The notes beneath the pieces are model-generated. The model was not told the DNA's origin. It ran no database searches and worked only from the letters and a program-made list of their open reading frames with translations. From NCBI GenBank assembly GCA_964016885.1, contig OZ024743.1, forward strand, positions 203,112,001-203,176,000: 64,000 bases of DNA, given 5' to 3'. Shown here piece by piece: positions 27,864 to 40,875 of the stretch. A program made the position numbers and the translations under genes. This stretch comes from Eledone cirrhosa (lineage: Eukaryota). The stretch's first letter is position 1, and each line of letters starts with the position of its first letter.

Positions 27864-28685
27864 TTTTCATATGCACCACCATTTGCAACGGGCAGCCATC
27901 ATTATTATCATATTTACACATAATTTTTCTTCTGCTGCCATCCGTCCGTTTCATCCTTTGTACCTTTACCCTTTCTCGTTCTTTGTACCTTTTACTCTTT
28001 CTAGCAGTCTCTCTCTCTGTTAGCCTCCTCCTCAACTTTCACTCACTCATTCTCTGTCACTACCTCTCCTCCTCCTCTTTCCTCCTCCTCCTTCAAGTTT
28101 GACCTGTGTGAAATTCTTTTCTCGCGCGTCCTGGTCAAGCTGGTATTGAATTTTTTTTCTCTCTCTCTTTCGTCTGCGACTTCACAAAACTTATGTTTAC
28201 CGAAATCGTAGACCAGACCCCTTCTTCTTCTTCTTCTTCTTCTTCTTCTTCTTCTTCTTCTTCTTCTTCTTCTTCTTCTTCTTCTTCTTCTTCTTCTTCT
28301 TCTTCTTCTTCTTCTTCTTCTTCTTCTTCTTCTTCTCCCCCCCACCCGTTAGACTTGTGCGAAATTGCTTCCTTTCTCACATTTCAACCAGGTTTGATGG
28401 TCTTTTGTCTCTTGTTCACGATTTCACCGAGTTTATATTCATAGAGATCTGGGACTTGTCTATTTCTTCTCACTTTGCGTTGCTTAAAACATTTTGTTTG
28501 TTACCCTAACGTCCCCTTTATTTACGTGTCCCAACGACTTTTTTTAGCCGTTGTTCGCACCAACCTGAGGCATATGGCCCTTAAAGCGATGAATTGCCTG
28601 GGACGGTTGGAGGGTCACTGATGAAGGACTCACTTTTTCATATGCACCACCATTTGCAACGGGCAGACATCATTATTATCATATT

Positions 28686-28691
<6 letters not shown>
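27864..28691. repeat. Unit bounded by ~57-bp direct repeats, containing (TTC)n
   Basis: ttttcatatgcaccaccatttgcaacgggcag.catcattattatcatatttaca at ~27864 and ~28635; (TTC)n at 28221-28336. Confidence 0.8.
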
Positions 28692-28730
<39 letters not shown>

Positions 28731-28734
<4 letters not shown>

Positions 28735-31471
28735 GAAAAACCGAAAATAATCAACCTTTCAAATACAAACCTTTCAGCCCAACAAGTAAAAATTCTCTCC
28801 AAAGGACTGAAATTCACACCAACACCACAATACTCTAACCTCAATGAGATAAATGACGATATCTCACACTTCTGTAGAAAATTACGTCTCAGAGAGCAAT
28901 TATTTGACAAGGAGAATAACGACGAATCAATTGTACGGAATAAAGGGAACTACAACCCAACAGAATGTAGAAACAGAGTTCTGGACAAATTTTGTGACTA
29001 CATAGCTACTTTCCCATACCATGAACTACCGTAACCTAAACCCAAACCCAACACGAGTCGAAGGGAATGGGAGATTATCCATGAACTAAAAAACAATACG
29101 GACATTATAATTAAGGAAGCGGACAATGGAAGTACTGTTGTCATTATGGATGCTGAAAAATATAAAAATTCTATGTTCTGTCTCTTGCAAAATACTAATT
29201 ACTATGAAAGAGTAAAAAACTACCAGCAATCAAAAACAATGACCAGATTAAACACACTGATTTGTCGATACCAGGAAGACCTAACTAAAAAGGAACGCGA
29301 TTATTTAACACATTTTGAATACAAAACCAGCAACCTTTACGACTTCCGAAGATCCACAAGTGTAAAATAATTAAATAATTAACGATGCCTGTAAACAATC
29401 CACCTCAGCCTGCGTGAACACACATATAACCCACAGACCTTAAATTAAAACCAATTGTAGCGGGCCCACACAGACTGAGCAACTTTATAGACATACTACA
29501 AAAACCAATTCTCAAACACATACCAAGCCTTGTAAGAGACAATCTGGACCTCTTAAACCACCTCCCCAAACATGTCAACAACGACACTATTATTGTGGCT
29601 TTCGATGTAGTGAATCTCTAGACAACGATTCCACACCAATACGGACTAGAAGCAATAGGATTCTGGCTAGAGAAATATCCCAATGAGAAACCTGGCAGAA
29701 TAGAAAAAAGCCTCATCACCGAGGGATTAAAATTTATCTTACAGAACAGCTTTTTTGAATTCGATGGCAGTACTTACAAGCAAATATCAGGGACTGCGAT
29801 GGGTACAAAAGCCGCTACAACTTATGCCAACTTAGTCATGGCATACTTAGAAGTCCAGATATATGAACAGTCCAAATCAAAATACGGATTGAACTTCCAC
29901 AAATATTTATCAGAGAATTGGAAACGCTACTTGGATAATTGTCTCATTCTTTGGTCCCACACACTCGACCAACTGAAGGATTTCAAAAAATTAATAAACG
30001 GCATCAATAACCACATCCAATTCACAATGGAATACTGCCAAGTTCAACTCCCATTTCTGGACATCTTAATCTTAAAAAAAGACACAAATATTGAAACTGA
30101 AATACACTACAAACCAACAGATTCCAAACAATACCTGATATTCACCTCCAACCATACAAAGCACACGAAGACGAACATTCCTTTTAACCTAGCAAGAAGA
30201 ATTTGCACAATTGTCTCCAATTATGAAACGCGAAATAAAAGACTTCAAGAAATAAATAAAATTCTATTCAAAAGAGAGTACCCACCATTACTAATAAATA
30301 ATGGAATAGAAAGGGCTAAAGCAATAGATACTGATGAATTACGAAAACAGAAACAAATTCAAGGTACGTCCAATATTCTATCATATATCTCAACACACAA
30401 CCCAATAAATGCGGAAGCTTACAACACTATTCACAAGAACATCCCACTACTAAAACAAGACCCAAGAATGAAAAAAAGCCCTTGAAACACACAAAATAAT
30501 CAAAAGCAAAAGACAACCGAAATCACTGAAAACATTATTCACCAATGCCAAATTACCTACCACAAACCCACAACCAACTGTCAAAAAATATGCTCGCTCT
30601 AACTGTGGAATCTGCACTCACCTCATTGAACGCAACACGTATACATTTAAATCAGGACAAAATTTTGCTGTAAAAAATCCCTTCACTTGCTCATCAAAAA
30701 ATCTAATGTATGCCATTAAATGTAAAGGATGCAATGAAGATTATATAGGACAAACAAAACTCAGAAACAGAATGACAGTTCATCGCCAACAATTACGAGA
30801 TCCAACCACGAGACAGATACCACTAAGCGCACATCTAAACATTTGCGCAAGTAATAAGACACCCAAATTCCAAGTCTTCCCATTTTACCTTTGCGCTAAC
30901 AATACAACAGAACAAATACGAATAAATAAGGAAAATATGTTTATTCAAAAATATAGACCAACATTAAATATGGTTTAATATACATTATGTCAACACGATA
31001 ACATGCTAACCATCCAAACAGACACATACACATACACATAACACCTGTTACTTTAGAAAATAAAAACCCGAACTAAATAAACCTTAACATACATTTGCGC
31101 TGACAATACAACAGAACAAATACGAATAAGTAAGGAAAATATGTTCATTAAAAAATATTCCTACTAACGGAATCATTTTCCTACACACACACACACACGC
31201 ACACACACAATATATATTCTCTTCATCTTAACATGCTAACCATACGCCCACACACACAAAACACCCATACACACACATAACAATCCCCACCCACCCACAC
31301 AACTCCCTCCCCCATTTTTACTAATAGAACCACTTTCCTACAAACATATATACACAAACACAAAATATATCTATTCCCTCCATTTAACATACCCCCCACA
31401 CACACATAACACCCATATACAAACACACACACACAACTCCCTCCCCCATTTCTACTAATAGAATCATCTTC

Positions 31472-31505
<34 letters not shown>

Positions 31506-32200
31506 GCACACAAATAAACATACATATCTTTATTTTCTTTATTTCAATAGAAAATCTGAATTCAGACACCTCAGCGAAATAACCATATTCACTGAACCAG
31601 AATAATTCTCCCATCCCATTTCTCTTGACCATTATCTTTTGCTTGTCATAAAATTCTCTAAAAAGGCTACAGAATAGATTTCCAAATACGGGCGCGAAAT
31701 TTAATGAAAACTTGTTCATGTGACAGCCATAATTTCATTTATAACCAATCGAATTACGTTTATTTAAAAAAAAGCCTTCGTGAACCCATTTTTTTTAAGT
31801 AAAAAGAAATTCAAACACTCATATATGAAAAAACAACCTGAGTCCCTCCCCCTCCTTGTTTGAAGAACTTTGTAACGCGAACTGGTGCGAAATTTATTAT
31901 AATTATTGACCAACCAATCAAGTTACTTCTCTAAAAACCTGGCGTTTCGAGCCACTTTTTTCCATATAAAACAAATAGCATTCAAAGACCAACCAGATGT
32001 GAGAAAAACCACAGACCCTCCCCTCAACTCTACTTTTGAAAAGCAGAAGAACTTCGAAACCGGTAAAGAACCAAATAAATATATATTTTTTTAAAAAGAG
32101 ACTCCAGTTGCATTTTCGATTTCATCTTTTTTCTTTATACTTTCACTCGTGTAGGATACCTCGGTTATTTTTCACTTTGTAAAAGAAACCTAACTTTCTA
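28731..32200 (+). mobile_element. Penelope-like element (family C), longest coding portion in the window, disrupted
   Basis: IINLS...ILSKGLKFTPTP N-terminus, IKEADNG, MGTKAATTYANL, WKRYLDNC, YAIKCKGC.EDYIGQT, KYRPTLN stop at 30978; 3' UTR/pLTR to 32200; (TA)n flanks. Confidence 0.93.
32033..32068 (+). ncRNA. Minimal U3:A8 hammerhead motif in the family C pLTR (also 15593-15622 and 55905-55934, minus)
   Basis: ctt-TTGAAAA-gcag-aagaa-ct(g/t)c-GAAA-ccgg-TA/TC-aag. Confidence 0.68.
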
Positions 32201-32224
<24 letters not shown>

Positions 32225-32231
<7 letters not shown>

Positions 32232-33110
32232 GTGAAGTAAGGATTCTATAAAAAGAGTGGATATAGAGAAAAGTTGAAGTTGAAAATAGCACGGAAAATA
32301 TATTTAAGAGTGTGGTTTTCTTTGTTGATTCGTCAAAGTGAAAAAATGAGAGGGACAATTCTTTTTAAAAGAAAGTTTTATCATGTGTATAAAGTATTTG
32401 AAGAATTACCGGTTTCGATGTATTATTAAAATCGATGTTATCAAATGTTAAGTGTTGAAATAAAAATTAAAAGAATTAATAGGAGTTAAAGACTAAGGAT
32501 TTAAAATTAAAATCAAATCTTTGGAGTAAATTTTCTTCCATCTTTCTTGCTCAAAATTTGGTGGTAAGAAAAGGTAGCAGTACTTGTTTTCTTCACAAAA
32601 GAAAGTTGTGTTTTGAAAAGCACCCTGTGTGTATATTGTGTTAATTGAGTGGTCAATAGTTCAAAAGGGAATAGGGGATTATAAGTTAGAGGTAAGTTCT
32701 GTAGAAGAGCAGGAGGATTTTAGGAGAAATCTATTATTGGAATATTGTTTTAGGAAGTGTGTGTATATATATACAGAGAGAGAGTGAGGGTTTATATATA
32801 AAAATATACACACATGTGCGTTTTCAGTCTGTCTGTCGCAGTCTCTCTAGCAATACACACACGTGTGTGTTTGTGTGTGTTTATGTGTGTTTTTTTCAGC
32901 CTGTCTGTGACAGATCCCTTTGTGGTGGGGAATCAAGAAAATTGTTTTCTTCAAAATTCAGAAAATTGTCAAAAATTAAAAACTAAAATCCAAAAATTAA
33001 AAAATTAAAAATTTTTTTTTAAATTCTTAAAAAAAACCCAGAGTAGAGTATCAGTAGCAGTAACTTATGCAATGAGTAATGTTTTCTCTTATTTTGTGGT
33101 GTGGTGTGTG

Positions 33111-33174
<64 letters not shown>

Positions 33175-35315
33175 ACAGTGCACATATGTATGGAAGTGGG
33201 AGGGGTATTGTGGTGTGTGTGTGTGTGAGTTTTTCAGTCTTTTTAGTCACAGATTGCTTTGTGGTGGGAAATTTAAAATGTTTTGCCAAAAAATTCAGAA
33301 AATTGTCCAAAACTAAAAATTGCTTTGTGGTGTGTGTGGGGGGATCTAATGGGCGTGATTACATATTAAGTTTTGGTTTAAATTTGATAATAAATAGTTT
33401 TTCCTTGTTTATTATTTATTGCTGAGTGAAAGAATCGGAGCACTTGTCAAGAGAGGAAGATTTTAAAGTTGGGTAGAGTCATTCCTGCACAATCTGCAAT
33501 GTGGCTACTTAAGGGGATTTTCCTTGTGTTTACGTCTCGGATTTGTTGGCGATGGATGGTCATTCTTGTGCGTAATGACAATCCCGTCTGTCCTAGTTAG
33601 TTATGTCGACAGCCACCGCATGTGATTACATAGATCAGGTTCTCCGAGTTGCAAGTGAAGTTGTTTTTCACTTTGAAAGTTTAGCCATCTTTAAACGTGA
33701 ATTTATGTCCTTCAATTAAGTATAGGCTGTTCCACAGTTTGACCTTCCGCATTTTGTTACCGTAAGGTTGGAGATAGGTTTGTGTATATTTACTCCAGGG
33801 AGAATGTGTTTTAATGATTTTGGTTGCCTTTTGCTTTTGATGATCTTGTGTGTTTCTTGAATTTTTTTCATTTTTTCATCTTTAAGTAGAATGGGGAGGT
33901 TTTTGTGTAGGAGGTCGAACATTTCGGTGTTTCTGGGGTTGAACGTGGATACATATGGTTAGGTATTGTTTGTGGTTCTGTGCTTTGGGTTGTTGGGTTG
34001 ATGAACATTTGCGTATTTTGCTTTGTCTATTCCGTTATTAATTATGTCAAGTGGGAAAGCTCTTAAGGTAAGTGTGTTTTTGAGTTCATTTAATCTTTGT
34101 TCCCGTTTAGCTGGGTCTGATACTATGGTGCATATACGTTTGGCTAAATTGAAAGGAATGTTAAGTTTTGTATGTTTTTGGTGATTTGATGTGAATAGGA
34201 GATACTGTTTGGAGTCCGTAGGTTGTAAAATATTTTCCCATCTGTTTTTAGAATGAGAATATCCTAGAAGGATAATTCCTTGGAGTTAGATTCCATTGTG
34301 AATTGTATATTATTGTTAATGTTGTTAATTTTTTAAAAGAGTTAGTGTATATATATCTTCCTGCCATAGAATGAAGCAATCGTCTAGGTATCAATTATTT
34401 TTGAGATGTGTAAGGAAAGAGTCTCTGAATAATAGAAGGGATTGGTTGTAGATTTGTTGTTCGTGGGATCCCATGACTAAGTTGGCGTATGTGGGGGCTA
34501 CCTTTGTGCCCATTGCAGTTACTGAGATTTGTCGGTATGTTGGTTCATTGAAAGTAAAGAAATTATTCTGTAAAATAAATCAGAGTCCATCAATAATGAA
34601 GATTTTGTTGATGCGTGTTGGTATTTTAGATAGGTTAGTGTCTAGCCAAAACTGGATTGCTGTTATTCCATAGTTATGGGATTTGTTAGTATAGAGGTTT
34701 ACTACGTTACTACGTCAAAGGAGACAAGAATAGTGTTTTAACTTACTGTTTTGAGGAAGTGGTTCAGCATATCCAGGTCATCCCGTATGTAGCCCTGTAT
34801 GTGTTTTAGTAATGGCTTTAGTAGGATGTCCAGGAAGTTGGTAAGTCTGTGGGTTTCACATGCGGGGCCTGCTATAAATGTTTTTTAATTTTTCTGGTGG
34901 TGTGAATTGTATGTATTTGTTAGTCGAAGTGTTGCATGCAGTGCTTATGAGTTTACATTTATGTATCTTCGGTAAGCCGTAGAATGACTCTACCCAACTT
35001 TAAAATCTACCCCCTTTACAAGTGCTCCGATTCTTTCACTCAACAGCAAAGAAGAAATTAGGAAAAATTATTTATTAACAAATTTAAACGAAAACTAAAT
35101 ATATAATCCCGCCCATTAGACCCCCCCCCCACACACACACACAAACACACACACACACAAACACACACACACACCACAAAATAATGTTTCGTTTCGGACA
35201 ATTTTCTGAATTTGGGGAAAAAATGTTTAATTTCCCACCACAAAGGGATCTGTCATAAACAGGCTGAAAAACACACACACAAACCCCCCTCCCAACCACA
35301 CACACATATGTGCAC

Positions 35316-35355
<40 letters not shown>

Positions 35356-35958
35356 TCACACACACACACAGACACAAAATAAGAGGAAAAAATTACTCAT
35401 TGCAGAAGTTACTTCTACTGATACTTACTCTGGGTTTTTATAAAGAATTTTTTTTAAACATTTTCACTTCCTAAAAACATATTCAAATAATAGATTTCTC
35501 CGACAATCCTCCTGCTGCTTCTACAGAACTTAGCTCTAACTTACAATCCCCTATCCCCTTTTGAACTATTCACCACTCAATTGACACAATACACACACAG
35601 GGTGTTTTTCAAAACACAAATTTCTTTTGTAAAGAAAAAACAAGTACTGTTACCTTCTCTTACCACCAAATTTTGAGGATGGAAGAATTTTTACTCCAAA
35701 CATTTGATTTTAATTTTAAATCCTTAGATTTTAACTCCTATTAATTATTTTTAATTTCTATTTCAACATTTAACATTTGATAACATCGATTTTAATAATA
35801 CATCGAAACAGGTAATTCTGCAAATACTTTATATACATGATAAAAAATTTTAAAGAATTATCCCTCTCATTTTTTCAATTATGTTATTTTTTCAATAATG
35901 TCAAAAAAGAAAAACAGACCCTTAAATATATTTCCCTGCTCTTTCCAACTCCACCTTT

Positions 35959-35960
<2 letters not shown>
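32225..35960 (-). mobile_element. Penelope-like element (family D, related to A) with ~1 kb inverted arms
   Basis: Degraded minus-strand RT/GIY-YIG at ~33400-34985 (e.g. MFDLLHKNLPILLKD, KCGRSNCGT); 32225-33484 and 34982-35960 are diverged inverted copies. Confidence 0.9.
32407..32444 (-). ncRNA. U3:A8 hammerhead-like motif in the family D pLTR (inverted copy at 35777-35814)
   Basis: TTGATAA..catc-GAAA-ccgg-TA; stem II eroded here, but gatg/catc in the 23195-23230 copy. Confidence 0.52.
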
Positions 35961-36046
<86 letters not shown>

Positions 36047-36241
36047 TATGTATACGTATATGCATACAGACGTACAGTAGTATGTATATATATATACATA
36101 CATGCATACATATATATATGTACGTATGGATTCACCAAACATTTATTATAATGCTCGGTGTGTTTGTAAACAAACATCCCGAATTAAGCCGTACAGTGTC
36201 TAGCAACCACCGTTGCTCATTTGATCAACACTGACAAAGGA

Positions 36242-36284
36242 ACGCTGTACTAGTTTCAAGCTTATTAGCTATCGTCAGCAACGT
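36242..36284 (-). ncRNA. Minimal type I hammerhead, tandem copy 1
   Basis: acgttg-CTGACGA-tagct-aata-agctt-GAAA-ctag-TA-cagcgt. Confidence 0.8.
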
Positions 36285-36509
36285 ATACCTTCCTGCCAGA
36301 TGATTGAACGTATGAAAGTATATACTTTCCTTATGCATTTTAACGGCTGAGCAGCCTAATTTGTATATCGAGTGGGTTAATCGGCCCGGGTACCGAAAAC
36401 GATAAACGGAAAAAATGAAACGAAATTTCATTCCTCCCTCTTAGTACGGCTGTTACTTAAATATAAGTATGTATACGTACATACATATATGTATACAGAC
36501 GTACAGTAG

Positions 36510-36547
<38 letters not shown>

Positions 36548-36696
36548 CATGCACATATATATATATATATATATGTACGTATGGATTCACCAAACATTTA
36601 TTATAATGCTCGGTGTGTTTGTAAACAAACATCCGGTATTAAGCCGTAAAGTGTCTAGCAACCGTCGTTGCTCATTTATTCAACACTGCCAAAGGA

Positions 36697-36739
36697 GCGC
36701 TGTACTAGTTTCTAGCTTATTAGCTATCGTCAGCAACGT
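36697..36739 (-). ncRNA. Minimal type I hammerhead, tandem copy 2
   Basis: cgttg-CTGACGA-tagct-aata-agcta-GAAA-ctag-TA-cagcg; perfect stem II. Confidence 0.83.
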
Positions 36740-37009
36740 ATACCTTCCTGCCAGATGATTGAACGTCCGAAAGTATATACTTTCCTTATGCATATTAACG
36801 GCTGAGCAGCCTAATTCGCATTTTCCCATTCTTTGCAAGGCAACGTTTCTACAAACCAAAGTATCGTCTTCCTGTCTTCCTCCGGTTGCAACGTTTTTTG
36901 AAATATTCACTTCTGCGTTCACAGATTGACTTTGTTAGTTTCAGAAGATCCCGTTACGGGTGAAAGCAGCGATTCTTTGCTTAAATGTTAATCGGTTATT
37001 TTAATAAAT

Positions 37010-37444
37010 ATATATATAAATATATATACATATATATACACACACACACACATATACATCCACATATATATATAAATATACACATCTATATATGCACACA
37101 CATATATATATACATATATACATATATATATATACATATGCACATATATATACATATATACATATATATATACACATATATATATACATATATATACATA
37201 TATATACATGTATACATATATATATATACATACATACATATACATACACACATATATATATATATACATATACACATATTACATTATATATATATATATA
37301 TATATATACATTATATATATATATATACATATATTTATGTATATACATATATATACACATATAGATATACACATACACACACATACATACATATTTACAT
37401 ATACTCATACATATGCATATACATTTACATATATATAGACATAC

Positions 37445-37483
<39 letters not shown>

Positions 37484-37540
37484 CATATATACATACATAC
37501 ACACATACACATACACACCCATATATTTATATATATATAT

Positions 37541-37577
<37 letters not shown>

Positions 37578-37703
37578 CATACATATATATATATACACAT
37601 ATACATATATATATATTTATATACATATATACACACATATATACATATATATATATACACACACACACATAATACTCACATATATAAATATATACACACA
37701 CAC

Positions 37704-37750
<47 letters not shown>

Positions 37751-37755
37751 TACAT

Positions 37756-37791
<36 letters not shown>

Positions 37792-37866
37792 TAATATACA
37801 CACATATATATATATATAATATATACATATATATACACACACATACACACATATATACACACACAC

Positions 37867-37906
<40 letters not shown>

Positions 37907-38004
37907 TTATACATATATATATATATATATATACACATATATATATATATATATATATACACATACACACATATATATACATATATACATACATACACAC
38001 ACAC

Positions 38005-38090
<86 letters not shown>

Positions 38091-38220
38091 ATGTATACAT
38101 ATACATATACATATACACATATATATATACATACACATATGTATATACATATACATATATATATATACATATATACACACACACATACACAAATAGATAT
38201 ATACAACATATAAATATACA
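37010..38220. repeat. 1.2-kb compound (TA)/(CA) cryptic microsatellite
   Basis: Alternating pyrimidine-A dinucleotides throughout, with a short (GT)n island at ~38071-38090. Confidence 0.95.
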
Positions 38221-38339
38221 CACGTAGATGACATGTGAACGCAAATACACACAGCGATATGCATACTAACGAACGGTCACTCATACAAATATATACAAAT
38301 AAGTACTCATAAATATACGCATATACACAGACACACAAA

Positions 38340-39105
38340 AACAGGTCTAGAAGCAGAAAATGCAGATAGCTAAGAGGTACTTACATAACCATAGTGGCCA
38401 TATTTCAGGTTGAGGAGGGGTAGGCGTGGGGTGGGAAGGAGGTAGAGGGGCTAGTTTGTCGGCTGGCGTTAAAAAAAAGGGGGGGAAGTCGTTTTTAGCC
38501 ATCGGGCATTAACACTGGCTTAAGGTATTAAGTTTTTGTGCATGCCGTTCGGGCAGTGTTCAGAGAGTCTGTTCAGTAGCGGGCCCTTGGCGAATAAAAT
38601 TTCGTAGCTCTCTGAGATACAAAGGTCGCAGCCCTTGTGTCCTCCGTTGTATGAGCGCGGTTTCTGGAGTATTTTCCATTTAAGCGTGAAGGGGGTGGAG
38701 TTAATTTTGAGGTCCCAAACGTAGGAGGCGAGTGTTGTCTGGTTTGATTTGTCCGGTCTTCTGAAGGAGTGGGTATGGGCATACCAACGGGTCTTAAATT
38801 ATTGGAAGTCATGCCGATGTAAGTATTTTTGTTGTTGCAATCATCGGTCCTGAGATGACATCGCATTTGTATACGATATCATTTGTGAGGCATTTGTTTT
38901 CAAGTGAGCGGGCTTCCTTATTTAGGCAATTACACAAGGCCCCAGTCCGGGCATTGGGTTCGGAGGTGGTTGGCTTATTTAATTTTTTAGAGTTGTGATT
39001 GTCTATATTCCTAGCTAGGTAGGTGTGATGGAGTAGGAGAGTCTTATTGTGTTCTTATTAAGTACCTTAATTACTGTGGTTACCTCCGATTCCACCCGGA
39101 ATAAT
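38340..39105 (-). mobile_element. PLE 3' fragment (GIY-YIG only), same clade as 7480-8855
   Basis: Nucleotide similarity to 7720-8260; YIGMTSNN and CN(C)..KCL..DIVYKC motifs on the minus strand. Confidence 0.85.
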
Positions 39106-40084
39106 GTATATATATATATATATATATAAATGAAGGGCCTCCTCTGCCTTCTGACAAACAACGAGCATCCAGGAGCATCCATAACTGACAGATCATGGAT
39201 TTGCTATGTGCAGGGTCTTTTATTGGAGACCAGCAGTCGTGCATACATGAAATTGTTCCTACCAACGCTACCAATGTTGCTTTGAGCAACTTAAACTGAT
39301 GTTACTTGTTCAGGGACACACTACAAAACCCGATAGTGGAATCGAATTTACGAGCCTATTATCGTGAGTATAGAAAATTTCACAATTATAATCGAAAACG
39401 TACCTGGCATTATATTTATCGACCCCTATCTGAGGAACATAACTGTAAAAGCAACACAAAGGATTAGAATACATATATCTCCTAAACCAAAATAATTACT
39501 TTTGACAGTAAATCAATATTATGAAAAAACAATTTTTTACTAAAATTTAAAGCATCCACAGTTTTCATGTCCCTTTAAATTATTTGCACATATATACACA
39601 TTAATTATACATATATTGATATTAAAACTTCAAATTCACTTTACGATATTTTTTCGAAATATTTTTCATATAAACATTAACTTGTTTGTATCTCCCAATC
39701 TTTGAATTTATCGTATTCCTCATAGATGACACTATCGTATTTATTTTTAACATAGATGTAAAATATCGTTCAAATTACTCGATCAGTTTAATTCATTTTG
39801 TGTATCACTTTTGAACATATCTATCATCTTCACTAGCGTCAACTGTTTACACTTCTAATCATACTTCCAGATATTTCAACTTATAATTATATTTTCAGTA
39901 GTTTTGATTAATAGTTCTCCAAACACTACCCTAATCAATAACAAGAAAGTGTTTAGCTATAATTTAAATTAGTACGCGTTGTATATTTATTTGTTTAAAC
40001 TTCAGAAAATATTATTATTGTTAGTGTTTTTAGCTTTTCGGAAGACTTTCTCATTTCACTCCGAAGAGATGATGGAGTACTATG

Positions 40085-40290
<206 letters not shown>

Positions 40291-40445
40291 GTAAGACAGT
40301 ATATAGAGAAAAATACACAAAGAGGTATGTGTTGGGATAGTAAACCACCAGAGTTAAAACCATATTGTCTACGAACAGATTGGGGAATACATATCAATTA
40401 AAAGAATAAATTAAAATGTACACACCGTTCGTTAATAAGTATATG

Positions 40446-40519
40446 TCCTGGACATGTTGTAAGCATGTTTCGCCACAAATAAAGTGTAGAATCATACCAT
40501 TGACGACTTATCAACAGGA
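40446..40519 (-). ncRNA. Type I hammerhead motif, U3:A8 core, full stem III
   Basis: tcctg-TTGATAA-gtcg..tggc-GAAA-catg-cttacaa-catg-TC-cagga. Confidence 0.78.
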
Positions 40520-40875
40520 GGATAAACAATACGATCCACACTCCTAAAATATATCAGACAACTAGCAAACCCACATGTTGTAAAGAGAAAACATATGCGC
40601 TATACTGCCGTTGTCTCATATATTTTGCTAGTTGTCTAATTGAACACATACCTATGTTTGAAATTTTCTCTATATACTATCTTATAAAGAGTCCGCTGTC
40701 TATTCCTTGAGTTCATTAAATTATAGGGAATTAATGTGAGTCCTTAACTCCTTGTTTTAATTTGATATATTTATATATAGATATATACATCCATCCATCT
40801 ACCCATCCATACACACACACAGACACACAGACACATACATACACATACATGCATACATACATACATACATACATA

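Larger units (their letters stand above)
36043..36815 (-). repeat. Two tandem ~320-350 bp HHR-bearing units
   Basis: 36043-36361 and 36463-36816 are direct repeats. Confidence 0.9.

Noticed and set aside
36940-36980. CAGAAGA-tcccgttacgggt-GAAA hammerhead-like motif (also ~14305-14338 and ~20770-20793, minus)
   Set aside because: Stem II is plausible, but there is U4A and no convincing stem III/UH or stem I.
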